Shown piece by piece: positions 1-17,471 of a DNA stretch of 64,000 nucleotides (position 1 is its first letter; each line of letters starts with the position of its first letter). Below the pieces are notes generated by a model that made no database searches, was not told where the DNA came from, and was given only the letters and a program-made list of their open reading frames with translations. The stretch lies in NCBI RefSeq assembly GCF_009914755.1, contig NC_060926.1; one strand, written 5' to 3'. Source of the stretch: the human T2T-CHM13v2.0 reference genome, Homo sapiens. The position numbers were made by a program, and so were the translations under genes.

Positions 1-2480
<2,480 letters not shown>

Positions 2481-3463
2481 CTATGGATTTAATTTAAAAT
2501 TTAAGGATTTCACTGATGAAATAATAGTACATTCTTAATGAATTTTTTATGCTAAAACAGATTAGAGGCTTCTTACTGAAAGGGCAAATAGATGCAAGAG
2601 TTCTCTGCCTTCTGTGTTGTTTGGGCGAATTGTCAGGAGTAAAAGAAGAGTTTAGTGTCAAAGGTCAGTAGAGGGGCTTCAGGGACCCACCATGATCTTG
2701 CAACAACAGCCCCCATGAACCTTATGAGGACCATGGGCAGGAATCACTGAGCAGGAGTAGGAACAACAGGAACTCCCCTCCCTACCCTCAACATCCACCC
2801 ACCTACGTGTAGACAGCCTTCTGGGGAGGATACATGAGCCTCTGTGACCCCTGCATGACGCATGTCCTAAATGTGGCCTTGCCTTTTACTCCAAGCCTTG
2901 TATTTTATATTCTTATTAGTCTGTCTCTGTATTTCTGTGGTCACTAGGGGTATAGCTTCTGGATGGTCATATAAATTGAACAGAGGATAAGTGGAGCCCT
3001 TTTTTCATCTCTTCCAAAATATGAAACATTGCACTGATCTCGGTGGAAATAAATGCCAAAGAGGTAAGTGTTTCAAGAAATGAAAGCCTTTTTTTATCTA
3101 AAATAATTCATTTGTGTCTTATTTATTTCAACAACAGCTTTAAGCTCCTAGAACACGCTGTGTCAAGCACTATGCTAACCAGGTACATTCAGAAAAGCCT
3201 GATACAATATAATAAAATGCCCTCAAATAATTCAAAGCCCAAGTATTTTGTATGAGTCAATGGAGAGAAAGGGCAGTCATGGCAGCAAGAAATGTAACTG
3301 AATATCTAAACTATTGAGAAATTGTGATATAAGGCCTTTCATGGGTCCTGTGCTCCTGCCCAACTCTTACATCTGCAAAGTTTAAATGTAGAACTTGGGG
3401 TGATTTTTCCACGGAGCACACATGATGTTTCCCCTAAAATGAGAGAGGATTTCTACCAACTAA

Positions 3464-3777
<314 letters not shown>

Positions 3778-6679
3778 CATTGAAACTTAATATGGAGGAA
3801 AGCACTGTGTTTGGGGTTGGAAGGATATAAAGGGAATCAAGTAGGATCTCTGCACTCTGGTAGTTTGATGCCTTGTCCTCATGGGATTCACAGAGCAGTC
3901 AAGGAGACCAAAATAATTGCTCGCTAGAGGTAGAAACTTCACATTTGGAAGCACAGAGAATCAGGAAAACTCTAAAGTGGAAGCAAAAAGTTTCAGCTCA
4001 TTTTAAAATTTGATTCTAATTTCGACGAGCGATCGCTTGAGATGGAAGTGACATCCATCCTGTCCTACAGGGCAGGCAGATGCAGCTTGTTACAGGAGGC
4101 CAGCTTAAGAGAAGATGAGAATTGATTTCCTTACAGAGCAATGTTAACAATTTTGCAACTTAATTGTAATTCTTAAAGTCAGATCATTTAAGAGCGGAGG
4201 AAAAGATTTTTCTGGAGAAGAAGCTCAATTTAATAAATCCTTTGCCGAGGGATTTGCTCAAACTTTTGGTACTCACCCAAGCATTTGTCTGAAAAGAGTT
4301 TTGTCTTCTCTCGCCATTGTTGCAAGATACTGGTAAGGAAAGCTGTTTGAACTTCCTCAAAACATCAACATTTAATACTCCTTAAGTTTCCAACAGGAAA
4401 ACGAGGTAAGTTAATATTTTCCCATGTTGATACATAATTGAATTAGAGTTTTACTTAACTTAATAAATTGCCACCTGGGGTAATAGAACCATGAACAGCA
4501 CTTAATTTCAGGTCTGCATTAACTGTGCTTTCTCACTGCCCCGGTCTGAGTGCCTGTTACCACGGCTCCCAAAGGCATCAGGGTAAGAAAATCATTTTCA
4601 AGAAAGTTCTGGGAACAAACTGTGTTAGCTTGGGGAGGCTGAAGGTGGGAAATTAGGGTCATGTTCATGCCTGAGTGCACTGTACCATAACACACACTGT
4701 GGTTGTAGTTTATATTATAATACGTCAAGACTAAGGAGGTACTCCCGGCTCAGATCAGGTAGTCCTCTGCAACTATCTAGACCAGCGACGTACAGTGCAT
4801 CTCCAGCTTTATATTGCTGGGAGGAGAACTGGACTTCCAAAAGTTTTGATGTAACTTCACTCATGAAGATTTACTATGCTCAGTTCCACTGGTGAAACCC
4901 TTTATGAAGAACTCAGAAAGGTACGCTTCGGTTTTTGTCAGATTTGTTGGCAATCTCTCTGTGCCACCTGCCTTCTGTAACCTTTAGATAAGTAAACCCA
5001 GGAGTGGTGAAGCCTGATCTCTCCATCAATCTCAAGTTACTATTGACTCAAGGTTCATTCTAACTCCACCATAACCCAATTTTTAAAAACAAAAATGTCT
5101 TTGCTGAGATAATAAAGAAGAAACATCATGAGTTTCTACAAATACCTTCAAAAGACAGAATCCAAACAGAGTAAGAGTATAAGGGTTTGGGGGTTTGTTT
5201 TCATATTTTCTAAAATGATATAAATAGGTAACAAAGACATTGAGTAAACTCACCAGGAGTTGGATTAAAAAGTCCTTATATTTATTATACAGTATCTATT
5301 ATATCCACAATAAAAAATGAAGAGAAATTGTTGTGAAGCAAATCTTTACTGAAAAACAAACCTTCAGCAAGAGGTTCAAGAGATTCCCAAAGGAAGGAAT
5401 TTAAATGTTGTTTAAATTTAGGCTAAATAAATCCAGAGGGCTATTCCTAAGAGAACCAGGGCTTAGTGAGGACTGGCCTGCCTGTCTCTGGTCATTTAAC
5501 CTGATTTTTTATCATCTTACCATTGCCAGCCTTCTGCATTTCCTAGAACCAGCTGAATTTGCCAAAAGAAGTATTAAAGGAAAAACACACTAACTTTGCA
5601 AATTAAGAACTGGTCTTTGCCTTCTTTATGTTTTGAAACTCAAAACAGACAAATTTTCTATTTTTAGTAGACTAAAAAGAGTACCCTAGAAATGACCTTT
5701 ACTTTCAATACCTGAACGAACCAAGCGTAGTGATCCTAGGAGGCTGTTATCAGCCCACATTTAACTGAAATTTTCTTGATACTCCTAAGTCTTAGATAAC
5801 TCTTTCAATATTGTATCACTAATTCCTAACATACAATCAATGAATAATCTGCAGAATGGCATGTGTGAGTGTATAACACTGAATAAATTCATCTAAAATA
5901 TACATATTTATAACTTAGTAGTTACACTTTCTAGAAATTTCCCCTTGTTTTGAAAAGAATAGCAGTAGCAACAGAGGCAAACTGGCCTATGACTGATGTT
6001 CTAGGAGAGAACAGAAATTTACCACCCAATGTCTTTGCCAGTAGGGTGGAAAGAACAAGATTTACAAAGTTGGCTATACACCTTTAAATGAAATTATATG
6101 ATCTACAATTCAATGTAATTTTACTATCCCCACACAAGATTACCTGGCCTTCCGCATCACACTTGGCATGTTAAGGAAGTGGGGGCAGGAGGCACAAATT
6201 TGTCAGTAACCTACTATACTATTAGACACAGTTAATTGTCTATCATTGCATGTATAATATTACATCAAAAGTCTCCCTCAAAGCAAGTTGTTATTTCATT
6301 TGATAAACTGCAGCCCGGTTCATTTTTATCTGCCGCCTGTACTTCCCAACTTGTATGTCTCTCTACTGAGTCCTTCCATAAAGCCATATTTCATGTCTTT
6401 GAAAAATGATCTTTACATGCATTTCTCTAGTAGTATAATGTCCAATGATTTTTTGAAACAAAATTTAAATTGGTTGAAAGAGCCCCATAACATCATGATA
6501 ACTAGGAAAAAAAGATAATAATTAGAAAAGAAATTTTCATACTTTTTATGAGTAAGCAAACCAGTTTGTTCAGACTCTCAACATTACAAGTTGGCGGGTG
6601 GCGGGGAAACTAGTACTTTCTACAGTAAAGATACAACAATACATCTTATTCACATGTGTGCAATACAGACCAGGCAAAA

Positions 6680-6888
6680 GTTGAATCTCAGCTCCTCATT
6701 TATATTAATACTTCTGTGACCATGAACAATTTGCTTAATATCTGGGGGTCTCTGTTTTCCCATGTGCTAAACGGGGAATATAAAAACTACTTCACAAGAT
6801 TGTTGTGACTATTAAAAATGCAATGCAATCTAAGCTTCTAAAAGAATACCAAGGAGATATTAAATGTTCAGTAAATGCTAGCTATTAA
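6680..6888 (+). mobile_element. MIR SINE (degenerate)
   Basis: MIR-core-like tgtgaccatgaacaatttgcttaat...tctctgttttcccat...aagattgttgtga...agtaaatgctagctatta. Confidence 0.7.
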
Positions 6889-7788
6889 ATAGAAAGTCTC
6901 ACACTGACACTTCTATCTGAGAAAACCAAGAATTGAAGCTCTGTTTTGCTTCCTTCACTCTGTGGTGTCCAGCCAAAGCCTTTTGTGTCTGTGAGTAAAC
7001 AGGAAAGTGCCCAGAAAACACCTCAAATAATTGAAAGCCGGTTTGACTTGAATGGAGGCTTAGGTCAAATTTGCTTCCAAGTTTCATGGATTAGTGCTAA
7101 TTGTCCCTTGGTGTCAGCCTAATTTTGCCCATCAATAAATTACTGGTTCACAGTTTTGGTGGTGTTCTCAAAGGCAATTCAGCCTACATTATTCAAGACG
7201 GATTACTTCAAATGCAATTTGAAAAATGGGGAGAGAACATAATAGTTAATCCTTAGAAAGAGAATTCGCAACAAGATTGTAAAACGTTTGGTTAAATACT
7301 AGACTCAGGATGTCGAATGCTGACATGCCAAGTACAGTACTTTCCAAGTAGGGAAATTCAGGGCAAGCTGCTCATTTCCCTGGACCTTCTCCTTCACTCT
7401 CACCTCCTTTCTCTTTCTATGAAAGGTTCTCCCAGCCTTCCAATCACTGCTGCTATCCAACTTTGGCCACCATTTGGAGAGCAGGTTGGAAACAGGATGG
7501 GCAAGATTGAACAGGAGGAAGGCCATGCTCCCATGCATGTGAAAAGACCATGGACACACACAAAAGCACACTCAACTGCATCTTGATACCTCCCAAAAGC
7601 AAACTCCTGCAGAGAACTTCAGGATGAACATATGTTTGCTTCATTACGGAGCTTAGGATATTCTATACCTATCTGAACTTCTGAACTATACAGATCAGTT
7701 AGACGGCTTCAAATCATCATGGTGCTTTTTTAGGAATTCCAAATTACTGATGCTATAAGGATTCTGCCATATTCTCATTCCCTTTCTC

Positions 7789-7862
7789 ATTCCCAAGGGT
7801 CCTGAGAAATTATGCATTTGGGTCATTCCCAAAATGCATGATTTCTCAGGACCCTTGGGAAT
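7789..7862. repeat. Near-perfect palindrome (about 34-bp arms, 5-nt loop)
   Basis: attcccaagggtcctgagaaattatgcatttggg-tcatt-cccaaaatgcatgatttctcaggacccttgggaat. Confidence 0.95.
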
Positions 7863-8404
7863 CACCATTGTTATTTTTTGGGAATCCTAAATTACTGATG
7901 CTATAAGGGTCCTGAGAAATCATGCGTTCTACTAGTTTTTAATTTGGGCATGGGAGAAAGGTATTTGAGCACATAATGAAAGCCAGAGGCCCTTTCTCTA
8001 GTTAACAGTTGTATATACACATACACAAGCAAAGGAGCAAAATTTTGTGTACAAATCTCAAATCTCCCAGATCTCCTGAAGTCCACCCATGATTATCCTG
8101 GTGGGGCATGAACCCCAGCTGAGATCATGTGATCTAACCAACCCCATATTTTTTTAAATTAAAAAAATTAAAAACCTGAAGTCCAAAAGGATTCCAGCAA
8201 GATTAAGTAACTTGCTCAACAAAACACATTTGTCAACTGGGAACGAAACCCATATCATCTGACTCCTAGTTAAATTCTATTTCCCCTAGTAACTTGTTTT
8301 TCTGTCTTCCATTGTCTTCGTGGTAAAACAGGATGTTACTTGCCTACTTCATGGGATTCTTAGATGGAATATTTACTAAAACTTTTGCACATCATAAATA
8401 TTTG

Positions 8405-8700
8405 GGCCAGACATAGTGGCTTACACCTGTAATCTCAGCACTTTGGGAGGCCAAAAAATAGGAGGATTACTTGATTCCAGGAGTTTGAGACCAGCCTTGG
8501 CAACATGGTGAAACCGCATCTCTACAATACAAAAATTAGCTGGGTGTGGTGGCACAAGCCTGTAGTCTCGGCTACCCAGGAGACTGAGGCGGGAGGATCA
8601 TCTGAGCCCAGGAGGCAGAGGTTGCAGTGAGCAGAGATCGCACCACTGTACTCCAGTGCACTCCAGCTCAGGCAACAGAGTGAGACCCTGTCTCAAAAAA
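8405..8700 (+). mobile_element. Alu (AluJ-like) with small internal duplication
   Basis: Alu dimer ggccagacatagtggc...ctgtctcaaaaaa; tgtactccag/tgcactccag duplicated near 8647-8666; flanked by aatatttg. Confidence 0.93.
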
Positions 8701-9752
8701 TAATTAATTAATTAATATTTGCAAGTAATTCCTCCCCACAAAACTTGAATGTTTGTCATTATTTGCATGATATTAATAACAGCTACCCTCATTACAGATG
8801 AATTAGGCAAATCATCTTTTTTAAAAAAAAAAAAAACCTTGTAGTGTTATTATTACTAGGCAAATAGTCGTTAGTATACAACAGTTCTTACATTGTGTAC
8901 TCAGATTTGGTTATGATAAACTCAACACAGCTACAGCCTAAATGAATTTATATAAAACACTGACAGAGGCTAAAGTTATTATAGCTTTAGTCCCATTTCT
9001 ATTTAGAAGAGTGTAGAAATATTTTTCCTCAGGAGAAAAAAAATGAAATGTAGACATGATTTGGGGTTTGGGGGGTGTTTCGTGTTTGGTTTTCCCAGGT
9101 GCCCCAAATTAAACTAACTCACACTTTCTGGCTATCACTCAAACTGAGTTGACTTGGCTACTGCTTTCCCAGATCCTCTAAAAACTAAAGGATTTTCTTC
9201 TGGCATTTTAATCAGTGATTAACTACTCCCTTCTTTTTCCTGCTGGGTTAAGTAAAAGATCCATATGCTGGGTGTTCTAGGGAATTTGTTAGGCTATAGA
9301 TCACAGCCGTGGTGCCAGCCATGATGTGTCTCAAGGGAACTAAAGAAGCCATAAGGAATGTCAAGAGTCACCGGGTTAAAGCCACATTAAGACAGCTGTT
9401 ACGTTAATGAAGGCCCTGCTTCGAAGAGGAGGTCACTATATGGAAAAGTATGAACTACTGTTTATTGGTTTGATCCCATGTCCTCTGAAAGTTAATGGGC
9501 CATTATTATTATCCTTTGACATTCATTGAGCCAGATGAGAATGCTGGGTGCTGTACAAGCTACATGGGTTTGAAATATATTCTGTCTCCATCCTTAGTTT
9601 TGACAAAGGCAGGAATGAAAGAGAACAACACCGAACACTCCTCAGTTTTCCATCACACTCCTTGTCTGATCTATTTACAATAAATGTTTATTTTTCCTTA
9701 CTCACATTGAGTTCAGAGCTGATACTCGGCCTATTTTAAAAATAGATCTAGT

Positions 9753-10062
9753 GCCAGTGGCTCACACCTGTAATCTCAACACTTTGAGACGCTGAGGAGG
9801 GAGGATCACTTGAGTCCAGGAGCTCAAGACCAACCTGAGCAACATAGCAAGACCCCAGCTCTACAAAAAAATAGAAAAATAATTAGCCAGACATGGTGGC
9901 ACACATCTGTAGACCCAGCTACTCTGGAAGCTGAGGTGGAAGAATCACTTGAGCTTGGAAGATCGAGGCTACACAGTGAGCCATGATTAAGCCACTGTAC
10001 TACAGGCTGGGCAACAAAGTGAGACTCTGTCTCAAAAAACAAACAAACAAACAAACAAAAAA
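9753..10062 (+). mobile_element. Alu (AluJ-like) with (AAAC)n tail
   Basis: Alu dimer; TSD agatctagt on both sides. Confidence 0.93.
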
Positions 10063-10549
10063 GCAGATCTAGTAGGTGGGCTTGGCCAGTTACAGAGGAC
10101 AGGTACCAAATCCTGGAATATAGTGGCCACTCAAAAGAGGCATGATTGGACCTCACATAACATTTGCAGGTAATTGCAGAACTATAATAAAAGCAAAGTA
10201 GATTTGAAACATATTATTTATAACATTGTTATATATAATATACTATTATATGATTTAATTTGTCTGCCCTTTTGATTGTGATACAGATTTTTTCTCTGCA
10301 CTGTTATATTAATATGCATGTTAATATCATAACATTGATATAGTAATATTAATGTTATGTTAATATAATATTTATATAGTATTATATAATATTACTATAT
10401 CAATACTGTATTAAAATATTTTTCTATTGAAATATTATGACTTAGTTAATAAAGGTTATTTCTACACTGTGTGGTGGGGAGAAACACTCTGTTTCCCAAT
10501 GATAATAGGTTTCCCAACTTTAAAACACCAGCTCTGTGAACCTTGGTCT

Positions 10550-10980
10550 ATCTACAACTCTTCCTTTCACTCACCTTCCTCCCCACTTCTAGATTACACA
10601 ATCGGTTGTCCATTCTACCTCTGAATACCTTCACCACCATCTCTTCCTTGCCATTCCCACTGCCACTACCTATCTCATGCCATAGCCCCCACTCCCTGTC
10701 ACATCAAATGTGAGCTCACTGGCCTGAAACCCAAGACCTCCATAGGATATCCTCAGCCTACCTACCAAACCCTATTTCTTCCACCACCCTACCACTCCTT
10801 ACATTCTAATCAAACTAACTATTCTCCCAATATGACTAGAGTGAAAAAGAAAGGTTATCTTACGTGTAGCCCACCACTTCTACCTCTCTGTGCCTCTGCT
10901 CATATAATTCCCTATTACTAATATACTCTCCTTATGCACCTGGTCCAGTGAATATCTATCTAGCCCGGAAAGTTCATCTT
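10550..10980. mobile_element. Probable L2 LINE fragment
   Basis: Pyrimidine-rich L2-like text (cattctacctctgaatac..., ccactgccactacc..., tctgtgcctctgctcat...). Boundaries approximate. Confidence 0.5.
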
Positions 10981-10995
10981 AAATCTGCCCTCTGG

Positions 10996-11282
10996 GCCCA
11001 GCACAATGGCTCATGCCTATAATCCCAGCACTTTGGGAAGCCAAGGCAAGTGGATCGCTTGCACCTGGGAGTTCAAGAAGAGCCTGGGCAACATGGCAAA
11101 ATCCCATCTCTTCAAAAAATTATCCAGGCATAGTGGCATGCACCTGTAGCCCCAACTATCTGGGAGGCTGAGGTGGGAGGATCACCTGAGCTCAGGAGGT
11201 GTAGGCTTCAGTGAGCTGTGATTGTACCACTGTACTCCAACCTGGGCTACAGAATGAGACCCTGTCTCAAAAAAAAAAAAAA
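10996..11282 (+). mobile_element. Alu (AluJ-like)
   Basis: Alu dimer with poly-A; TSD ttaaatctgcc. Confidence 0.93.
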
Positions 11283-11335
11283 TTAAATCTGCCTTCTTCA
11301 TGTACCTCTCTTCATTCCTTCAAGATCTCATCCCT

Positions 11336-12045
<710 letters not shown>

Positions 12046-12699
12046 TTATTTGTATGTTTATTTTTTTACCTTTCTTAGATTGCAACTCCTTCAGAGAACT
12101 GTCTTAATTGATCTTAGCATTCCTTGACTTTCCTAGCACTATGATGATCATATGGAAGTTTGAAGAAAACAATCTCTCTGACTGAGCTCTGCAGCCTGGA
12201 AGAGGCTATTTCTGTAAAATTCTGTAATAGGAGAGTTAATTAGCTGCATCTATGAACGTGTTGATCAATCTAGGGACCATGTCAACTGACTAGTCCACTG
12301 CTGAGTCCCCAGCCTGCAAATTAAGAATCTGGAAATAACACACAATATTTGCAGACAAGGTGACTTAACTTCTAGGGTGGTGAGGAGTTCGAGGATACCC
12401 TACGATATCTGCCATCTTTCAAACACTGTTTTACTAGCTCCAGGAAGTAGTTCTTCATTAATGATGAAAACATTATTCTATACTCTATAGAAACATATTA
12501 CATCTAAGTAGCCTTTCCAGAAGGTTCAGAGCACCTCTAAGAGTTCAAAAGATAATTCAACATGTTCTTTAAGTAATATAATTTCTTGAAATGCTTCTTA
12601 ATTATAAAATCGTTAAATGAAGGAATTTCATGTTATGCACCTTTGCACATTTTCATAATTGAAAGGTCACAGAGATGAAGCGTATGGGATCCAATTATC

Positions 12700-12892
12700 T
12701 CTAGACTCACTTTGCAGCTATGCCACCTTGGGTAGTTACTTATATAGTCCAAGTCTCAGTTTCCTTATTTGTAAATGGAGAGTAGCAATCATGGTACCCA
12801 CCTAGGATTTTAATAATGATTCAATGGGTTAATTCATGTGAAGCACTTAAAATAGTGGCTGGGACAGAGTAACCACTCAAAATTTATTTGCT
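12700..12892 (+). mobile_element. MIR SINE
   Basis: accttgggtagttactt...gtctcagtttccttatttgtaaatggag...tgtgaagcacttaaaatagtggctgggacagagtaaccactcaa. Confidence 0.8.
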
Positions 12893-13054
12893 CTTACTTG
12901 TGTATCACCCCCAAAGTCCATATAGTGCTGGTGTACAATAAGGATTCCTGAAAAGTTGAGTTAGTCACATGAAGTGGTGGACTTCTGTGTGTCGTAAATG
13001 ATATAGTTGTATTCTGTCAGTAAATAATCAAAGTCCTAACAATATGCATCCCTA

Positions 13055-13471
<417 letters not shown>

Positions 13472-15603
13472 TTACAGTGATCCCTATACCTAAAGTAAAA
13501 TAAATGTGGATCAAAAAACAAGTCTAACCAATCCGTAATAATTCAAATCCTGGTCTACAGTGCATTCCCAATGTCTTCCATGGACACCAAGCACCCCGCC
13601 CCCATGCAGTCCTGCATCATTAAATAACATTTAATCTCTTCTCCTACTCTATCTTTCTGCCCCCTAGGCAGAAATAATTGCTCATAGCATCTGTCATTCT
13701 AGGCCAATTATGAGCTCTTAGAAAACAGGGACAGGCCTTATTCCATTTGTATGGCCCTATGCTTACTACTTAATGGGTGCTTCCTTCGTGTCTAATGAAT
13801 GGATCACATTGAGTTTTGTTTCTGATAAATTTTCACCAACATTTACATTATGAAATCTGTTAAATGTGATTTTTAAAAATATTCCAAACTTGACTTAGTA
13901 CCTAAGAAGCGAGTAACAGTTAACTATTCCCAGATTCCTATATATTTATAGACTACTGCTCTTATAAAAAATTATATTTAAATCAGTATCTCATCACCAG
14001 ATATGGGGAAATGCTTTAAAGAAAATGTATGTACTATTAAAATGTAAATCTCTAGAACTGACCTGAGAAGAAGCAGGCAGGCATTGTCTTGTGAACTGTC
14101 CCTAACTAGAGTCTGGGTCTCTGCTGAGTGGGCATCTGTCCAGGACAGCTGCTTTATTTAAGAAAGCCAATGCAAAAAAAAAAAAAAAAAAAGTATGATC
14201 CCTTTTGTAAAAAAATATTATGAGTTTCAAGAAGGCAACAACAGATCATTAACCCAATCCCAGGGCCTTCTGAGTGTGTGGCCCTGAGCAACTGCATAAG
14301 ACAAAAATGTCCCTGAAGCCACTGTGTGGTGGCCTAACACACACAAAACTTGTGTGTATTTGCCTGTACTCACATGTGGAAGGGAATTTCAAAATTGAGT
14401 GGGCAGGTACAGGGGCAAGAGAAGCGGGAAGTGGGAAATTTGATACAAATTACGTTAATGATACAAAATGGTTAGTACTCCTGTAAGAACAGGGTCTGAA
14501 TCTGTGGCTGCAACTAGCAAAACCTGGGCACAAGTGGTTCCATTTCCAGGCCAGAATTTGATGAGGGCAGGGGTGGAGCAGGCATTTTCCCTGTTTCTGC
14601 TAGGAATGCATTAGGGATCCCATAGCAAAGTGAACCCTTACAGTAATAGAGCAACGCTGGCTATAGAGGGTTCTGCAGTGTGAGGGAGAATGCATCAGAC
14701 CAGGGCTACAGGCAGGAAGAGCAGCCCTCTCCCGGGACCCCAGATACTGGGGTAGTGGGCAAAGATCTATCAAAGGGTTATCAGGCCATAGACCCTGAGC
14801 CTAGAGGGGGAACCAGAGCAGCCTGGCTCTTGAACACATCCAAATGTGCTCTGAAAATTCCCCAAATAACTAAGGGATCCTGTAAAGAAGGGGCCGAGGT
14901 TACTGTCAGCAAATGCAACAGTAAGCCAGAAAATTGTAGATTATTAATGTCAATGTCACACTAACTCATTTGCACCCTCAGGCTGATAGGACCTGGGGAA
15001 ATGAAGGTGGTGCTAGAAGCAATGTGAATATGTGTAAGTCCTTTACTTCTAATTCTCTTTTATCTTAAACTCCAACTTAACTCTGCCCTACAGAAATCTA
15101 AAATTTCATTCTATTTCAGTAGAAATTTTAAACTGCCCCAAATGGTACACATCCAAAATGAACCCATAAATGTGATTTTCAGTTTTCTAACATTTTACTA
15201 CTTCCATACTTTATTCACATCTAAATATTATGAAACTAAGAGGCAATAGAGTAAATTAATAATGCAAGTGATAATTTTTTTAAATATACCTGAAAACAAA
15301 TACATGTGCATAAAACAAAAGAGAAGTATTACATATTATTTTTGATTTTTCAATTATCTAATTTAATATAAAATTATTTCATTTAACATAAATCTTACGT
15401 TAGGATATTTTACTACTAACTTAAAGAAAGAAAACTAGACTTTCTCTAGCTATGGCAATATTTTAAAGGACAATTAACATGCTAAAAAATACGCTATGCA
15501 TTGCATTATAAACTCCAAAAGCTCCCAATGCAACTTATATACATGTATGATTGATAAATGTAAGCTAAACTAAATGAGCAATAATTTGTGCCGAGTCATA
15601 GAA

Positions 15604-15781
15604 CAGTGTTTCATAAGCTTTTGGAGCATTAGGATGACCTGGAGGGCTTGGTAAAACATAGACTGATGGATCCCCTTCCATGGTTTCAATTCAGTAGATC
15701 TGAGGTGGGCTCCAAGAGTTTGCATGTCTAACACATTCCCAGGTGATTGATGCTGATTCTACCGACCCCAGATAACACTGC
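15604..15781. mobile_element. MER5A-like hAT-Charlie DNA transposon fossil
   Basis: cagtgtttc...gacctggagggcttggtaaaacatagact...ttcagtagatctgaggtggg...tttgcatgtctaacacattcccaggtgat...acactg. Confidence 0.8.
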
Positions 15782-17337
15782 CCACCTCTATAGAATATTC
15801 TAGATTAATTCTTGTCACTCTCAAAATTTTCAACTCTGTAAAATACATCTGCCACAATTAACTGAAAGTCACTCCCACATGTATATTTTTAAATTGTGAA
15901 CAATGTGCTCCCTAAGAAACAAATTACGTATTCCCCTAAGAAGACAAATTTCCATAAAATATTTTCCTTCAGTGCTTCCAGTTTCTAACCTTTCTTTCCA
16001 AAGTGAATTCAGGTGAAACACTCAATAGCATTTAAAGACTGACCAAAAACTTCCTCTGCCCAAGAGAACCCTAAATCTTTGCTTGTACATTCTCTTACTA
16101 TGATCCCATTAGGATAATAGTATGTGGAAATTTTCATGTTTCCTTTGGGAGTCTCTGGGGTTATTAAATTCTTTCAAGTAAATATGATGTGCCATGCACT
16201 GTCAGATCAATTAATCAAAATCGTCTCTGGTTTCTGAAGAAAAAGAATGGTTAGATTTACAAGCACCAGCGAGAATTAATCCTGAGGGTCAAGACCATGG
16301 TGTTTCACCTTAAAAATCAACATTCCCCAGAATATAAACTGGGTGAGCTCAAAGCCCTTCTCTGCCTTGTTCACTGCTGGAACCCTTAGAACACAGTAGG
16401 CACTCAATAAGGACACGTTGAATGAATGCCAAGTGTGGGGCAAATTTCAGATTTGCTCCAACACTGATTTATTTGCCACTGTTTTACATCTTTATTCTTA
16501 AAATGGAAATTCTCCTCTTATGACATCTCCCAACATCTATTCAGATGGGCTTTGGAAGTCTGTGAGGCCTGAACAATCATGTTGAATGTTTAGCAGGTAT
16601 TTATATACCTGCATTGTTTGGAAGAATGATTACCAATTTTTTCAGAGGATTGTGGGCTTTTTTAAAGATGAAAACTAGCATAGCTAGTAATGAAAAGCCT
16701 CAGAATTTGGGACAGTACACCTGTCAAACAGGAATGCAGGTATCCTAAGGTGAGTTCAGGGAGGACAGAAACTTCCAGTGGAGGAGAAGGGCAAAAGCTC
16801 CCTTGATCCTGACTTTGAGTATAAATATAGGCCATGAAAGCAGGGCCTGGTGATTCTTTAAAAGAAAAAAAAAGTCTCAGAATTTAATTGTTCAATAGGA
16901 CAGCCGTTACCACCAAAAATAAAACTCTCTTTAACAAGCTTACAAATCACTACTCTTACTTCTAGACTGTTTATTCAAAAGCAATGGAAAGGTTGCATCT
17001 AACTGGGAAAACCACCATATAGCATAATTTCAGAAGATGTTGAGGAAATGATTTGCCTGATTTTTCGGCTGGAAACTTATTTGAGAAACCAGATAATTTT
17101 TGGCAATATGAAGCCACAATCTTACAAGATAATTCTAACTTTTCCCCATCTGTAAACCCCAAAGGGATGTGGGCTTTAAAATATGTAAAGTCAGCAACCC
17201 AAGATTAATCTGCCGGCTAGGAAAAACTAGCTATTTCTAAACATGGAAATACTACTATTTCTTATATCATTCAATAGAAATAAAATTTATTTGTACAGCA
17301 CTTGATTCACAATGATCACCCCAATTTGAATCATTTC

Positions 17338-17471
17338 ATTTTTGTTTGTTTGTTTGTTTTAGAGACAGGGTCTTGCTTTGTTGCCCAGGCTGGTCTTAAA
17401 CTCCTGGGCTCAAGCAATCTTCCCACCCCAGCCTCCCAAATAGCTGGGACTACAGACTCACACCACCTGGC
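17338..17471 (-). mobile_element. Alu monomer (FLAM-like)
   Basis: About 130-bp reverse Alu arm with (TTTG)n tail; gaatcat on both flanks. Confidence 0.85.

Noticed and set aside
7712-7925. CRISPR-like repeat-spacer or prokaryotic system interpretation of the repeats
   Set aside because: Only two to three irregular copies including an inversion, in Alu-rich primate DNA with no cas-like ORFs.
8699-8720. aataattaattaattaatatt homeodomain-like palindrome
   Set aside because: Lies at the Alu tail/TSD junction; explained by tail slippage.
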